64,000 nt of DNA, from NCBI GenBank assembly GCA_951406725.2, contig OX597817.1:111724001-111788000 (forward strand), in the 5' to 3' direction. The notes under the pieces are model-generated. The model was not told the DNA's origin. It worked only from the letters and a program-made list of their open reading frames with translations, and searched no databases. Made by a program: the position numbers and the translations under genes. The stretch comes from Octopus vulgaris (taxonomy: Eukaryota). Positions 39,921-52,289 of this stretch are shown one piece after another (the stretch's first letter is position 1; each line of letters opens with the position of its first letter).

Positions 39921-40547
39921 AAATAATAATAATAATAATAATTGTGTACAGTGCTCAGGTGCACTACAACTCATCTAAAGTGTATATATAATCAGGTGAA
40001 GTTTCGGCGGATTTCGGAAAGCATGAGGGCCTTAAAAGATGCAGTGTCATGGCAGTCAACAACTGACGCAGGCAGTTTATTCCATGCTTCAGCAACTCTG
40101 AGCGTGAAAAAATGTTTCCGAAAGTCATGGGAGCTGTATTGTTTTCTGACTTTGTAGGCATGTCCACGTGTGTTAGACACATGGAGATCAAAAAGGTGTT
40201 CAGTGTTGTTGTTGGTGAGGTGGTTGATAACTTTGTGGGTGTTTACCAAGTCCGTCGCCAAACGCCGGAGCTTCAGTGAATCCATGCCCAGGGAAACAAG
40301 GCGCTCAGAATATGGTAGGTGTCTGATGGAGGGTATGCGTTTGGTTGCACGTCTCTGGACAGATTCCAGGAGGTCAATGTTCTGTGCAAGATAGGGGTTC
40401 CAAACTGATGATGCGAATTCCAAGTGTGGTCGTACCATAGCTGTATACAGTTTTAAATAGATGGCTGGAGAGCGGCTAACAAAAGACCTGCTGAGTGATG
40501 CCAAGACACCCTCGGCCTTCCTGACAATCTTAGAGATATGCTTTGAT
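39921..40547 (-). mobile_element. 5'-truncated CR1-clade LINE with (ATT)n tail; ORF2 C-terminus still open
   Basis: LYTAMVRPHLEFASSVWNPY...LESVQRRATKRI...YSERL..LGMDSLKLRR...TRGH..K...FFTLRVAEAWNKLP. Confidence 0.92.
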
Positions 40548-40948
40548 GTATTCTTGACCGCATTCTCTTGAACAATCTGCGACACGTTTGTTCAATGACT
40601 ACGTGGTTCAATTAATTCTTCGCGTCAAAACCTGATGATTTTTACTGTCAAGGCATTGCAAGCTTGTGTAACATTGGCGAGAAGTCATGAACAATGAAAG
40701 AGAATATATTAGAATAAATTATTGACTGATCTGTTGAAGTTGTTGGTGAAAAATAAGGATTTTTAGCGAGACCTAGATTTGAAACCGTGTAGGTTTAGCA
40801 GCTAAAGATTAGGCATCTTCCGTGAATATGAGCCAATCATCTTGCAGCAATATCATCCCATATTATCGAAAGTATCAGATGTTTCTACCAAAATAGAGGT
40901 TATAAATGCGAAAGAGTGGTCAAACACAAGAGAGGTGCCCATAGGTGA

Positions 40949-42611
40949 ACTGTGTAGTCGTTTTTTCGAACCTGTGAGTAATTGCTTTGCCTCTTGTTTG
41001 TTAATTTTTGTTAATCGTTATTGTTGAATTTTGTCTGTCAGTATTGTGACAGACAAGAAAAAAACCGGTTTACCCCTCCCTAAGGGGGAGGGAATGGCAA
41101 GGAATAACGTATTTTCGAGCCTCAGTGAGTCGGAACTGTCGACCTCTGAGGAGGAACTGGCAAAGGCAGTGAGGAAATTGGATAGAGAACTGGGAGAAAA
41201 AGCAACATACGCGCGAGCGATGAAGCCAACGGAAAAGGAGGTAGATCTGGCTAAGTTGCCAGGCTATCGAGAATTTTTAACAAAGGTAGGCGGTGACGTT
41301 GAATTGTCGCCGCCAAGGAAAAGAAGAGACTGGTATGAGAAAAGACTATTACATACAAAGTCTTCGCTAACGAAAAAATAAGAATAGAGTTGGTCGGTAT
41401 GGAAATGAAAGAGGAAGCACTGAGAACGATGGAAGAGGAGGTAACGTTTCTCGCAAGAGGCATTGGGTTCGGTACCGTGGTTGTGCTGTTCAAGTCCGAA
41501 AAAGTTGCAAGAAGAATGGCGACAAAAGCGATAAAGACGGAGAAAGTATTCCTTCTGCCCTCGTATCTGGGAAGAAGGACGACCCGGATCAGGGTGGAGG
41601 GAATACCGCCAGACATAGACGGAGAGTATATTGTGGCAACCATCATCAGCGGCAATGAAGATAAAGTAGACATTCTTCATGTCACGGTGACGGACGAAGG
41701 AGGATGGAGAGGAGGAGTGCTGGAGATGGGTGTCCGGGCAGAATTAGAAGTACTAGAACAACTGACCGAGACGATAACAATGGGAAATATCATGATGAGA
41801 GTATGGGTGGAGGGCAGAGCTCATCGTTGTTACAAATGCGGCTTGAAGGGCCACATAAGAACTAACTGTCCTCCCCCAACAAAAGAACCAAGAAAGGAAC
41901 CAGCAAGAGAGGTAGAGGAGGAGCAGATAGAGAATACAGCGGAAGAGAAGCAAGTGGTCGAGGAGGAGGTACCAACAGAATGGGAATCCATGGGAAGAAG
42001 GAGAAAAAGATAAACTGTACTGAACCCCAACCCACCCCATCACCACCCGCACCCTGTGTGGCCCACCCTTTCCCTGCAGACACTGAACCCACCCGCTCCC
42101 CACCAACAAGAAAACAAAAAAGAAACACAAACACACAAGATAACTTTAAAAATTCCCGTCCCCATGTTTTAGGTGTAAGAAACAAGGAAGAAATACTTGA
42201 AATATTGAGGGATTGGGGAAAGGTGGAATTGCAAGACAGCTGGAATGAGTTGGGGTTGATGGATATAGTAATATCAGATGACCAAGAAAAAGAACTCAAA
42301 GAAAAACTTTAAAAAAGTTGTGATTTAATTTGGAAAACGATTGAACCGAATAGGAGATATGAACTGGAAGAAAAACATGGGACGAAACTAGAGGACTACA
42401 TGTTTTTTTTTTATCCCGATATAGGGAAGAAGGACAAGTAAGTGATGTTATCGGATGGGGCCGTTAACATCGCTTTTATTTCTCATTTTCACAATTTTTC
42501 ATTTTTCATCATACGTTCCTGTATTTTTTTTTTTTGTGTGTGTGTGTTTTGTGTCCCCAATGTTTGTGATGTCCCCCTCTATGTAAGCCCTTTATGGGTA
42601 ATAAAAAATAA
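40949..42611 (+). mobile_element. ORF1-only Tx1/L1-type non-autonomous retroelement with TSD
   Basis: 5' UTR, ORF1 from ATG 41094 to about 42441 (three frameshifts; LLPSYLGRRTTRIRVEGIPP, EGRAHRCYKCGLKGHIRTNC), T-rich 3' UTR, aataaa tail; flanked by agaggt(g/t)cccataggtga. Confidence 0.85.
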
Positions 42612-42632
42612 AGAGGTTCCCATAGGTGACAC

Positions 42633-45600
42633 TTTCCCTCGTGGTTACAAGTGTGTTTTTTTTGGTCGTGCGAAGGTAAAATTTTGTGGCTGCTATTGAT
42701 ATTGTTAAATTTGTTATATTTTGAAAAAAAAAGGGAACTGTTTATTGCTTGTTGTGAAGCAAAATCTGTTTTAATTCCCCCGTGCGGGGGAATTTTTTAT
42801 TGTGTTTATTTGTATTTTTTACACAATGGAAAGTATTGACACGCGTAAAGAGTGTATCTCCAGAGCCAAGTACGAGTAAGGATTCGTAGTGAGTAGAAGG
42901 AATATTGACGTACCCAGCCTTGCAACTGGGGAGGAACCAATAAGGAGCTTTGCGGCTGCCGCCGGAGGAAACTCAAGGAAAACTGATACAACCTATTTGA
43001 AGGCACACCTGGAGCTATTAACGAAAGAAAGGAACGAAATAAAGGTGGTCCCTCCTCATAGCATCATTAAAGATGCACTCGAAAGGACTATAGTTTTCAA
43101 AACGTATAACGTTGAAAAAAAAAAATTGACTATGTAAATGACAAAAACGTAGAAAAATGTTTAAGGCCTATATGGAAAGACATCGAATACTTGGCCAAAG
43201 AAAAAATATATGCAACCGCTGAAGTGAGAATGTCGACAGTGGAACAGGCACAAAAATATTCTGTAGAGCCGCTGCAAACAGTTGAGGTGGTACTGTTGCT
43301 TATTTATATGGGGAGGAGAACCTCCAGAATAAAGATAAGCTGTGTACCACCAGAAATAAACGCCGAATGGCTAGTAGCGGCAGTACTGTACAACTTGGAG
43401 GAAGAAATCACACTTCTTTCCGCGGAAGTCACAGAAGACAAAGTCTGGCTTGGCCAGACAATAAAAATGTTAATCCAAGCGGAACCTATGACCCTAGAAA
43501 AAATTCCAGAGGTCATAGACATAATAGATACAAAGCTAGTCGTCATGGTGGAGGGTAGAAAACCCAGATGTTTTAAATGTGGAAAGAAGAGCCATGTTAG
43601 GTCCGAATGCAAGAGTGGAGAAGAAAAAGAAAAAGAGAACAAAGAAAATAACATCGAAGATGATTCGGAAGACGAAACTACAGAAAACGGAAAAATAGAG
43701 GAAGAAAACACACAAGAAGAAAATGAGAGCGAAAATAAAGAAGAGACGGAGTGAGAGATAGCTGGTAGCAAAAGGAAGATTAAAGAAATATGAAATCAAA
43801 GAAAGCATGAAAAAGCAAAAAGATCAAAAACAAGAGAAAAAGAAGTACTGTATATGGCGGTTCGAACTTCAAACTCGAGGTTAATGAGCCGAATAAAATG
43901 TAACAAAAAAAAATTAAAAGAACTGAATACAAAAACGTAAAAGACGGGTTCGAAATATATTACGTGGACAGAACGTCTTACAACGTTCTAACAAATGACT
44001 ATCGGGACGATGTTGGCCCGATGAGGTGGGATATTTCAGACCAACTGTACGATGGCTTACTTAACACCCCATCCTTCGCCTTTTAACGAAGACACAGTAA
44101 ATTAAGGTAAAGCTTATGGCAGTTCACGTTGGATGTTTAAATGTGCGTGGCCTGACCGTGGGATGGAAGCATGGTCGCTTCTTAAACGACGTCAGGTCAC
44201 ATAATTTGGATGTCATTGTTGCTACTGAAACCCGGTTAAGGGGATCAAGCGGTCTGCTCCCACTCCTGAGCGGATACGAGAAATTTATTTCTCCAGGTCC
44301 ATCGGAGGGTGGGGTGGGTGTTGGTCATACTAAAAAGAAACCGGGTTTCAGAGAAGTTAATTTTTTCTGACCAAGAAGGTAGGCTGGTCGTCTTAGACCT
44401 GACTTTCAGTTGCGGTAAGAAAATCAGACTGGTGGCAATTTACGCTCCCAATAATGGTCAGTCTGAGTATTTCCGAGACCTAGAGAAGTTTCTTGTTACG
44501 TCGTACCTATTAGTTTTGTTATGGGACTTTAACTATTCACGATGCGCGCGTAGATAATGTTGGCTGGGACTCAAATAGGGCACCGAATGCCGGCTTCCGG
44601 GATCTACTATGTCACTTTCAGCTAGTAGATCCATACAGACTTGAATTCCCGAACACCCCAGTGTGGACATGGTTAAGTGGTGACGGGTCTTTTAAGTCCT
44701 ATATAGATAGGATTCTAATTAGAGAAATAGATCCATAGCTAAGTGTCTACAGTTCCACTTGGTCAGCTACAGTGATCATAAATTGGTCACTTGTAAGCTG
44801 AACCTAGATAAGTTACAGAATAGAGGATCCGGTTACTGGAAACTCAATAAGTCCCTTTTGGTGATTGAAGAGTACAGGAGCCGGATTAAGTTATTGATAC
44901 AGAGGTCTTTAACAGGTACCATCATTAATAATAAATGGTGGTACGCCCTCAAAAGAGCCATTAAATTTGAGTCTGTTAGATATAGCATAGATTTAGTGAC
45001 TAGAGAGCGTAAGAGGGAACTAAAACTAGTTAAGGAATTAGAGGAAGCCGTGTTGACTGGTAGTGCTGCTCGGGTGAAGGCTAAGAGACTGGAATTAAAC
45101 CAGCACCTCGAGGTCAAACACATGGAATGCATTATCAGGGCCAGACTTCATGCAATGGGGAGTGAGGGGATCAATGCCGATGGATGGGCCCAGATGGTGG
45201 AAACCCAACGTGGAATTGATTCCACAATTCGATCTGTGGAGAACCTACAAGGCGAGATTGTGAACGAGCCCGATGAGATGTGTCAGGCTTTTCGGGAGGG
45301 GCGATGGACCGGATAGTAGGTTGGACCTTTCGGACTTCCTTACCGGGCTGCTGCGTCTCTCGGGGCAGGATGCTGAGTGCTGTGAAAGGTCGATCACACC
45401 TGAGAAGGTGAGAGAGGCTATAGCTGATTGCAAAGTTGGTAGGGCGCCGGGACTTGATGGTTTTCCATACGAACTGTACAAAAGTATGCCAGTCTTGTTT
45501 GGGCAAATTGTGGCCGGGGTTTACGCGAACTGGCAGCAGAATGGGTTGATCCCCAAATCTGTACGCCGGGGAGTGGTAACTCTGGTCAGGAAGGGCCCAG

Positions 45601-46788
45601 ACAAGGGGGATAAGATAGACAACTTTAGGCCTATGACTCTGTTAAACGCAGAGTTGAAGATTTTGGCCAAGGTACGAGCAAAAAGATTGGCGCGGATTGC
45701 GAATGTCCTGATCGGCAAGGTACAAACCTGTGCCGTCCCCGGCAGAAGCATTCAGGACAATCTCCATCATATACGCTATACCTTAGAAGAGTTTGGTAGT
45801 GATTCTGGCAAAGGTGGGGCTTTGGTCTATTTAGACCAGTCAAAAGCATTCGATAGGGTTGACCATCGGTACCTGGTGTCCGTACATGGTTTACGGAGTG
45901 CCGTAAAACACTCCTACTGTTCCGTCGCTCGGGTAATGCCAGTGGTTTTGGTACCATCACATCTTTCTATAGCAGGTGGGTAGAGGCTGGGAATACCCTA
46001 GGTCTCGGAGATAACCAGTTAGACAGTCTGTTCCGAAGGACGTTCGGGCCGGGGTGTTTGGATAATTTCCAAAAATCCCTGGCCTGGAAATGTTACCGAG
46101 GAGCTTTACCCGTTCGGGATATGCTCGCACGACACGGTCAATCTAGACTTACGGACTATCCAAGACGCGGGCAGGATAGGGAAACTGTCCTGCACGCTAT
46201 TGTTCAGTTTCCGGGAGTGTCTGCAGTGTGGACTTATGCAGAACATCTGCTGTCAGGTTCGAGAAGAGTACAGCTGTCGTCTGAGTCAATTGTAAAAAGT
46301 GACCCGCCGGATTTCCTCACGAAAGAAGGTAAGCATTGTTTTCTCACAGTAGTAGCAATTGCGAAAGAGGTGGTATAGAAGACGCGAATGAAAGGTTTGG
46401 CGACAGGCGACTTCATTTCCGGTCTCGGGTTGGTGAGATTTTTTATCTTCCCTTAAAAGGAAGGTGAGGCTGGAGAGAAGATGCCTGTCAGAGAAAATAT
46501 TCAAAGAAAGATGGTTGCATGTTACGAGGGTGCTGGGAATGAAAGATTCCTCGTGAACATGTCATAAGCCTGTATACAAAGATTCCAGTAGGAGATTGGG
46601 GCTCGTGAGGTCGGAGCGTAACCCATCTCTCTGCTTCATTTCATGTTTGTATTTTGTCCTTGTATTTCATTCGATTTCATTATATCATGTAAATTTTTAA
46701 AAGTTATATAATCATTGTGTGTCTGACTCCCAATCAGGCTGTATTGTCCCACTCTGTATTCCGCCCCTTGTGGGTAATAAAGAAATAT
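42633..46788 (+). mobile_element. Tx1-clade (L1 group) non-LTR retrotransposon: ORF1 plus ORF2 (APE endonuclease, RT, C-terminal Zn finger), disrupted, with an internal RT deletion
   Basis: ORF1 about 42826-44085 (CFKCGKKSHVRSEC); ORF2 from 44116: GCLNVRGL, ATETRL, IYAPN, SYIDRIL, YSDHKLV, GSGYWKLN, APGLDG, NFRPMTLLN, LDQSKAFDRVDHRYL, then jumps to AWKCYRGALPV...ETVLHAIV; 21-bp TSD. Confidence 0.92.
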
Positions 46789-47369
46789 AGAGGTGCCCAT
46801 AGGTGACACAGACTAACAAGTCCGAAAGAAGACTGGTTTCTTGGCTGCTACTCGACCCCAATTTTTAAAAAACCGTCGACTATGAAGAACAGAGTTTTAC
46901 ATTGGTTAAAGTCACCCTTGGTTTTACTAAAAAAAATATGTATATCATTGTATAATATATTTTGCATGTTCATTCGTAGAAGTAACAAAAGAAACCAGCT
47001 TTATTCCTTCGTAAAGTAGTACACGGAATCAAAGCAAGAAACATTACAAATTCTGCTGGTTGTTGTTCACCATCATTTGATAATTGAGCTTGGGTCGTCA
47101 TTGGTTATGTATTAATTTTCCTATGAAAACAGCAGGATCTTCATAGCTCGCCTTGATGAAAAAAAAACTTGTACCTAATTGTAGCTATATTGAGTGATTA
47201 CTGTATGTCCTATTTTGCTCTATAACTTTCAGCATCTCATCGACTATCCCTGACCGTTCGGTTGCTCTCTCTCTCTCTCTGCCTTCATATACTTAACAGC
47301 TATATAGCAGTCAATTTCAATAGCTGGTCACTCTGTTACGAACCCAAATACCGCTAGACAAACTTCCTC

Positions 47370-48095
47370 TTATTCTTCAGTGAAAAGCTTCAAGACGACT
47401 ATCTTTATTAACACAATAAAAAGTAAGTCTAGAGAGGTTGTAGAGATTCTTGAGCAGAAGTGACTAGGTGCATGTTGTGCACAAGAAACAAGATGAAGGG
47501 AACCTCAATCAGATTCTCCATAGACAAGGAACACTGGTACAAATTCTTCTGAGTGGATAACAGCACTAGAGTTGGTGAAATAAGCATATTTTGGGCTGAG
47601 AAATTACTAAAGTAATTGTGGTAGTCGTATGTGACTGAATAACTAAGCTTAGATTAGTCGTAGACAAACATCAGCAGTGATGATCTCTGCATATGCACTG
47701 AAATCAGGAGATTAGCAAAAGGATCGCTTCTATGGAACCTTCTTGCAGACTACCTCAAAAACAGATGACAATAACTTCGTTAACGTGGTTGGTGTCTTTA
47801 ATAGACATGTTGAACAACACCATCCTGCCTATTCTGATGTATATGGAAGTCATAGTTATGGTACATGTAATGAAGAAGGATCAAGGCTCTTAATGTCCTG
47901 TAATGCAAATTACCGAACGCAACACTAACTTCATGAAACCGGCAAGCCTCCTCAACGCCTACCATTCAGGTTAACATTCTAGCAAAATAGACTTCTTACT
48001 TACCAGGAAACGAGATAAACAAAATGTCGGAAATATTTAGGCTTTCCTCTATGAAGAATGAACCATTAAAACATACATCCATTATCAGTGACTTG
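47370..48095 (+). mobile_element. Decayed RTE-clade APE-endonuclease fragment
   Basis: SREVVEILEQK..CCAQETR, VISAYA, VGVFNRHVEQ...YGSHSYGTCNEEGSRL, SKIDFLL remnants. Confidence 0.7.
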
Positions 48096-48938
48096 ATAGT
48101 GGGTTGGTAGTCTGAATGCGACGATGGCCTGGGGGCGACTCTAGGACTCGGGTTTATTCAACTGGATAGCCTATTTCACCGTACATTCGGGTTGAGAACG
48201 TTGGACAATTTCCAAAAGTCCTCAACCTGGCAATGCTACAGAGGTGCCTTGCCCATTTGTGATAAGCTCGCAAGACACGGTAAGCGTCAGTCGCCGACCT
48301 GTCCAAGATACGGAGTGTGGACAGGGAAACCGTCCCTCACGCTATTGTTCAGTGTCCGGAGATAACTGAAATGTGGGCTTATGCTGAACACCTGTTGTCC
48401 GGCGAAGGAAAAGTACAGCTGTAGACTGAGTCAATTATAAAAATTGACCCACCGGGAGTTTTAACGAATGAAGGTAAGAATTGTTTTCTCACGGTTGTAG
48501 CAATAGCAAAAGAGGCAGTATGGAAGACTAGGATAAAAGGAATTAAGACAGGCAACTTTATCTCTGGCCACAATTTACGATCATTTTTTTCTTTTCATTT
48601 GAAAAGGAAGCTGTGGCTGGAGAAAAGATGTTTGTCGGAGTGTACGTTCCAAAAGAGATGGAAGCATGTTGCACGAGTGTTGTGCTTGCAAGGAACCGTG
48701 TGAATAGACAGAAAAAAAGAAGAAAAAAGGTACCAGCGGTAGATGGGGGCTTGTGGGGTCGGAGCGTGGCCTGATCATCGTTTCATTTGTATTGTCCTTG
48801 CATTGTTAATTCCATTCGATTTTTTATATTGTATTTAAATTTTTAAAGTCACATTATATGTAAAATCATATCGCTTTACTGATCCCATCAGTTGTTCTGT
48901 CCATTTCTATGTTTGGCCCCCGGTGGGCAATAAAGAAA
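48096..48938 (+). mobile_element. 5'-truncated Tx1 3' fragment related to the 42633-46788 element
   Basis: Nucleotide similarity to about 45990-46788 (ggacaatttccaaaagtc; ggaaaccgtcc..cacgctattgttcag; gaaggtaag.attgttttctcac) and the same gccc..ggg-aataaag end. Confidence 0.88.
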
Positions 48939-49110
48939 TTGGTATTTCGTCTGTCTTTATGTTCTGAGTTCAAATTCTGCCGAGGTCAACTTTGCCTCTC
49001 ATCCTTTCGGGGTCGATAAATTAAGTACTAGTTGCGTACTGGGGTCGATCTAATCGACTGGCCCCCTCCCCAAAAATTTTGGGCCTTGTGCCTAGAGCAG
49101 AAAAGAATAC
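48939..49110 (+). mobile_element. Family-A SINE lacking its box-A end
   Basis: Begins ggtatttcgtctgtc, includes core and tail. Confidence 0.85.
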
Positions 49111-49253
49111 TCAGTCACATTTTCCTCTAGGGTTTCTTTAAACCCTACAATATCTACGAACGTATCAGTATCTTTCCGTCCTTACACCCAAGAGTCGTCC
49201 CATTTTTAGCACCATGCTGGTTAGATCTATGGTTAGAAACTACTGTTAGAAAC

Positions 49254-49485
49254 CAGTAGTTCTCAACTATTTTTTGTCTATGGATCCCTTTCATTCCTAC
49301 TCTACATTTCTAGCCATTCGACATATAAAAAAAAAGTCCTACTGTATTTTTATAATGAAATATTATTAGGAAATGTATAAAAAATTAAAATATTTCGTGT
49401 ATTGTAGAAGTATGAGCAATTTATTGCACATAAGATTTAAGCAGAAAATCTTACATGGACCACCAAGGGCCATATGGACCGCAGT
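49254..49485. mobile_element. Possible truncated hAT/Charlie-like MITE
   Basis: Left end cagtagttctcaac and repeated atggacc motifs; no right TIR or TSD found. Confidence 0.4.
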
Positions 49486-50941
49486 CCACGGAGTAACTTC
49501 TTGAGTACAGAGCTTAATTTTCATTAACGAACGAAATTAATTTCCATTTTGACCAGTATAACGTAAAATTTGACAAAATCACGCGATGTTTTCTAATTTA
49601 AGCTTTAATTTTGGCAAAAGATTAGAAAATGTTACCAGCTTAAACAGCATTATTAGAAATGCATCTTGAAACTCAAGTTATGGTGCGTATTGTATGGTTA
49701 ACAACTATACAATATGGGTGATGCAATTGGAGTAACAAATAGTGTAGCGCTAAAATAGTCAGAAAAGTCTAAAACTCAGAAACAACAGGACTCGTAATTA
49801 TTATGGTGGGAGAGCATTCACTTTTGTCGATGGGGTTTTGACTTCATTATGTCCGCCCAAAAATCACTACTGTTAATGATAATTCTTGCCAAGAAAAGCA
49901 AGATGAGTTAAATACAAAATTCATCGTATTGACTAAAATGGTTTGATCTAGAAATAAAGACTAAAAGTCGGAAACGAATATTTCACTACTGGTTTTCCGT
50001 ACAAGAAATATTGATCAATGCTATTTATACTCATAATACCGGAATGGTTTACTCTTTGGTAAGACAGTTCTAAATTATTTACATAATGATTATAATTGTA
50101 TTCTAGTACTGATTTGAGCTGGGGTTTTTTATCTATATATTCTTCGCTAATATAAGACACTTGAACGACAAAAGTGAAAGCTTTTAATACCGTCGCAAAG
50201 CTATTCTATTCTATCCCAGACTGACATCAGTGGTTAATTCTCCTAATTATGATGAATGATCTCAGAGAAGTCTAATTCAATTGTAGCTTTTGCTTCTGAA
50301 TATGTAACAATTGATAGATAAGGAAACACCTTTTTCGCTATCTTCCCTTAAAAGATATTAAATATTTATCCGCGTCTATATGACCAGATGTGTCCCAGTT
50401 CTTGCCTTATATACGGCACTTAAGATATTTCATATGCCGACGTCGTGGGCATTATATATATTCACCACAAAAGGTAAATAATATATTTAAAACAATTAAA
50501 TAAAACAAAACTGCGTGTAGAAATAAATATTATTATGTTCGTTTAAATAAACTTGTTGGTTTATCTTATTGTCTTTCAAACTAGGTAAGGAAAAACAAAA
50601 CATCGTTATCTAACTTAGTAACAAGGCTTCCTCCTTTGCAAAAACTTTCACGTTTGTCGAAGCTGGAGGAATAACTGATGTTTGTTGACAACAGGCTATT
50701 GTTAACAATAATCAACAATATTACTTTATGAATACTTGCTCTCTGCAAGCGTTACTACTTTTAATAATCAGAAAAGTATATTTAAATTGGATATTTGTAT
50801 AACATTGAGAGTTTTAAAATATCAATACCGGTCAAAATCTATCCAAATTTGATAATTACCGTATTTGATGGCACATAGATGCATTTAAAAAAAAAAGTCT
50901 CATAAAAGTCACCCAGGTCCATAAATGCGAAGTTGGACCTA

Positions 50942-51158
50942 CACTGGTTTCAAATTTTGGCACAAGGGCAGCGATTTCGAGTGAGTGGGTAAATTGATTA
51001 CATCGATCCCAGTGCTCAACAGTTACTTATTTATTCAACCCCGAGAGGATGAAAGGCAAAGTCAACCTCACGGAATTTGTACTCAGAACGTAAAGACAGA
51101 CGAAATGCTACTTGGCATTCTATCCGGCTCGTTAACGATTCTGCCTGCTCGCAGCCTT
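50942..51158 (-). mobile_element. Family-A SINE variant with 12-bp TSD
   Basis: aagttggaccta at 50930-50941 and 51159-51170; reverse-complement head and core. Confidence 0.88.
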
Positions 51159-51714
51159 AAGTTGGACCTAACTTTAATGCGCTAAAAACTTTTTTCTTGA
51201 ATAAGCTCTGCTCAGATTGAAGTGTGTCTTTTATGTCATCAAGTACGGTATTTATTAAAATAAGAGGAACTCTCATACAATAGTATAGTAAGAAACTACT
51301 TAATGCGCCAAAACCTTTGGAAGGGTTTCCAAAGTTCTTCGGAATCTGTATGTTTTTAGCTTCGCATATTATGAATCAAAAAAGAAAAGAAAAAGAATGA
51401 GAAAGGTTGTCTGCCTCTCCACCCTGTAATTTTTCAAATTTAAATTACTTCGTTCTTCTTCCTCTCCTCCTTTGTCTCCTCTTCCTTCTTCAGATTTACG
51501 TATAAACATTTGAGATTACGATTTTTCAAAATTGTGCATAACATAATCCCGACAAAAAATTTTGAAAATATCAAAACGGAAAATTTACAGGAAGAGGAAG
51601 GCAAAAAATTAACCCCATCTATGAGGGTTTCTTTCTTTCTTTCTTTTTTCCTTTTTTTTTTTACCCCTTTTTCTTCTTGTGACTCCGATATTCGTTATGT
51701 CTAAAACATACAAA

Positions 51715-51910
51715 TCGGCGAGCTGACAGAATCGTTAGCACACACATCGGGCAAAATGCTTAACGATTTTACATTCTGAGTTCAGCCGACTTAGCCTTTA
51801 ATCCTCTGTGGGTCGATAAAATAAGCATCAGTTGAGCACTAGGGTCGATGTAATCGACTTACCTCCTCCCGCAAAAATTCCAGACCTTGTGCCTGTATTA
51901 GAAAGGAATG
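51715..51910 (+). mobile_element. Family-A SINE copy
   Basis: ggcgagctgacagaatcgttagc head, core, ccttgtgcctgtattagaaagg tail. Confidence 0.82.
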
Positions 51911-52289
51911 TTTTGAGATGTTCATTAAGATAATATTTTCTTGTGGAGTGGGAATAGCTATGTGACTGTGTGTATGTGTGTAGTCTCCCTTTGCAACCAT
52001 AAGGTCTCTGGTTTGAACCCTTGGCTTGGTACTTTTGGCAATTGCCATTTTTCAGGTTAACAGACACTTTCTGAGTTGTACAACTTGATTCTGCCGGAAG
52101 GATTACGTCAAGGGTGTACGTATCTGTGGAATGCGCATCCATTTAGGCATCAATTCAGATCGAACAACTGAATCCTTATTGTCGAACAGCTGGAGGTCCA
52201 CGACCCTGAATTTCTTGATATGAATGTTTGCAGTAAAAAAAAAATGGAGAGAGAAATAATAAAGTCAGTAAATACATTATCAGCATATA

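Noticed and set aside
40908-40930. Tx1 target as a tRNA-Leu/Ser gene (gagtggtcaaa resembles a D-loop)
   Set aside because: No box B or acceptor stem found in the reconstructed site.
41251-43808. Minus-strand Ser/Phe-rich ORFs
   Set aside because: Antisense shadows of purine-rich ORF1 sequences.
40931-46809. CRISPR-like or LTR interpretation of the three direct repeats
   Set aside because: Spacers are kilobase retroelements with 3' tails; repeats behave as TSDs; eukaryotic context.
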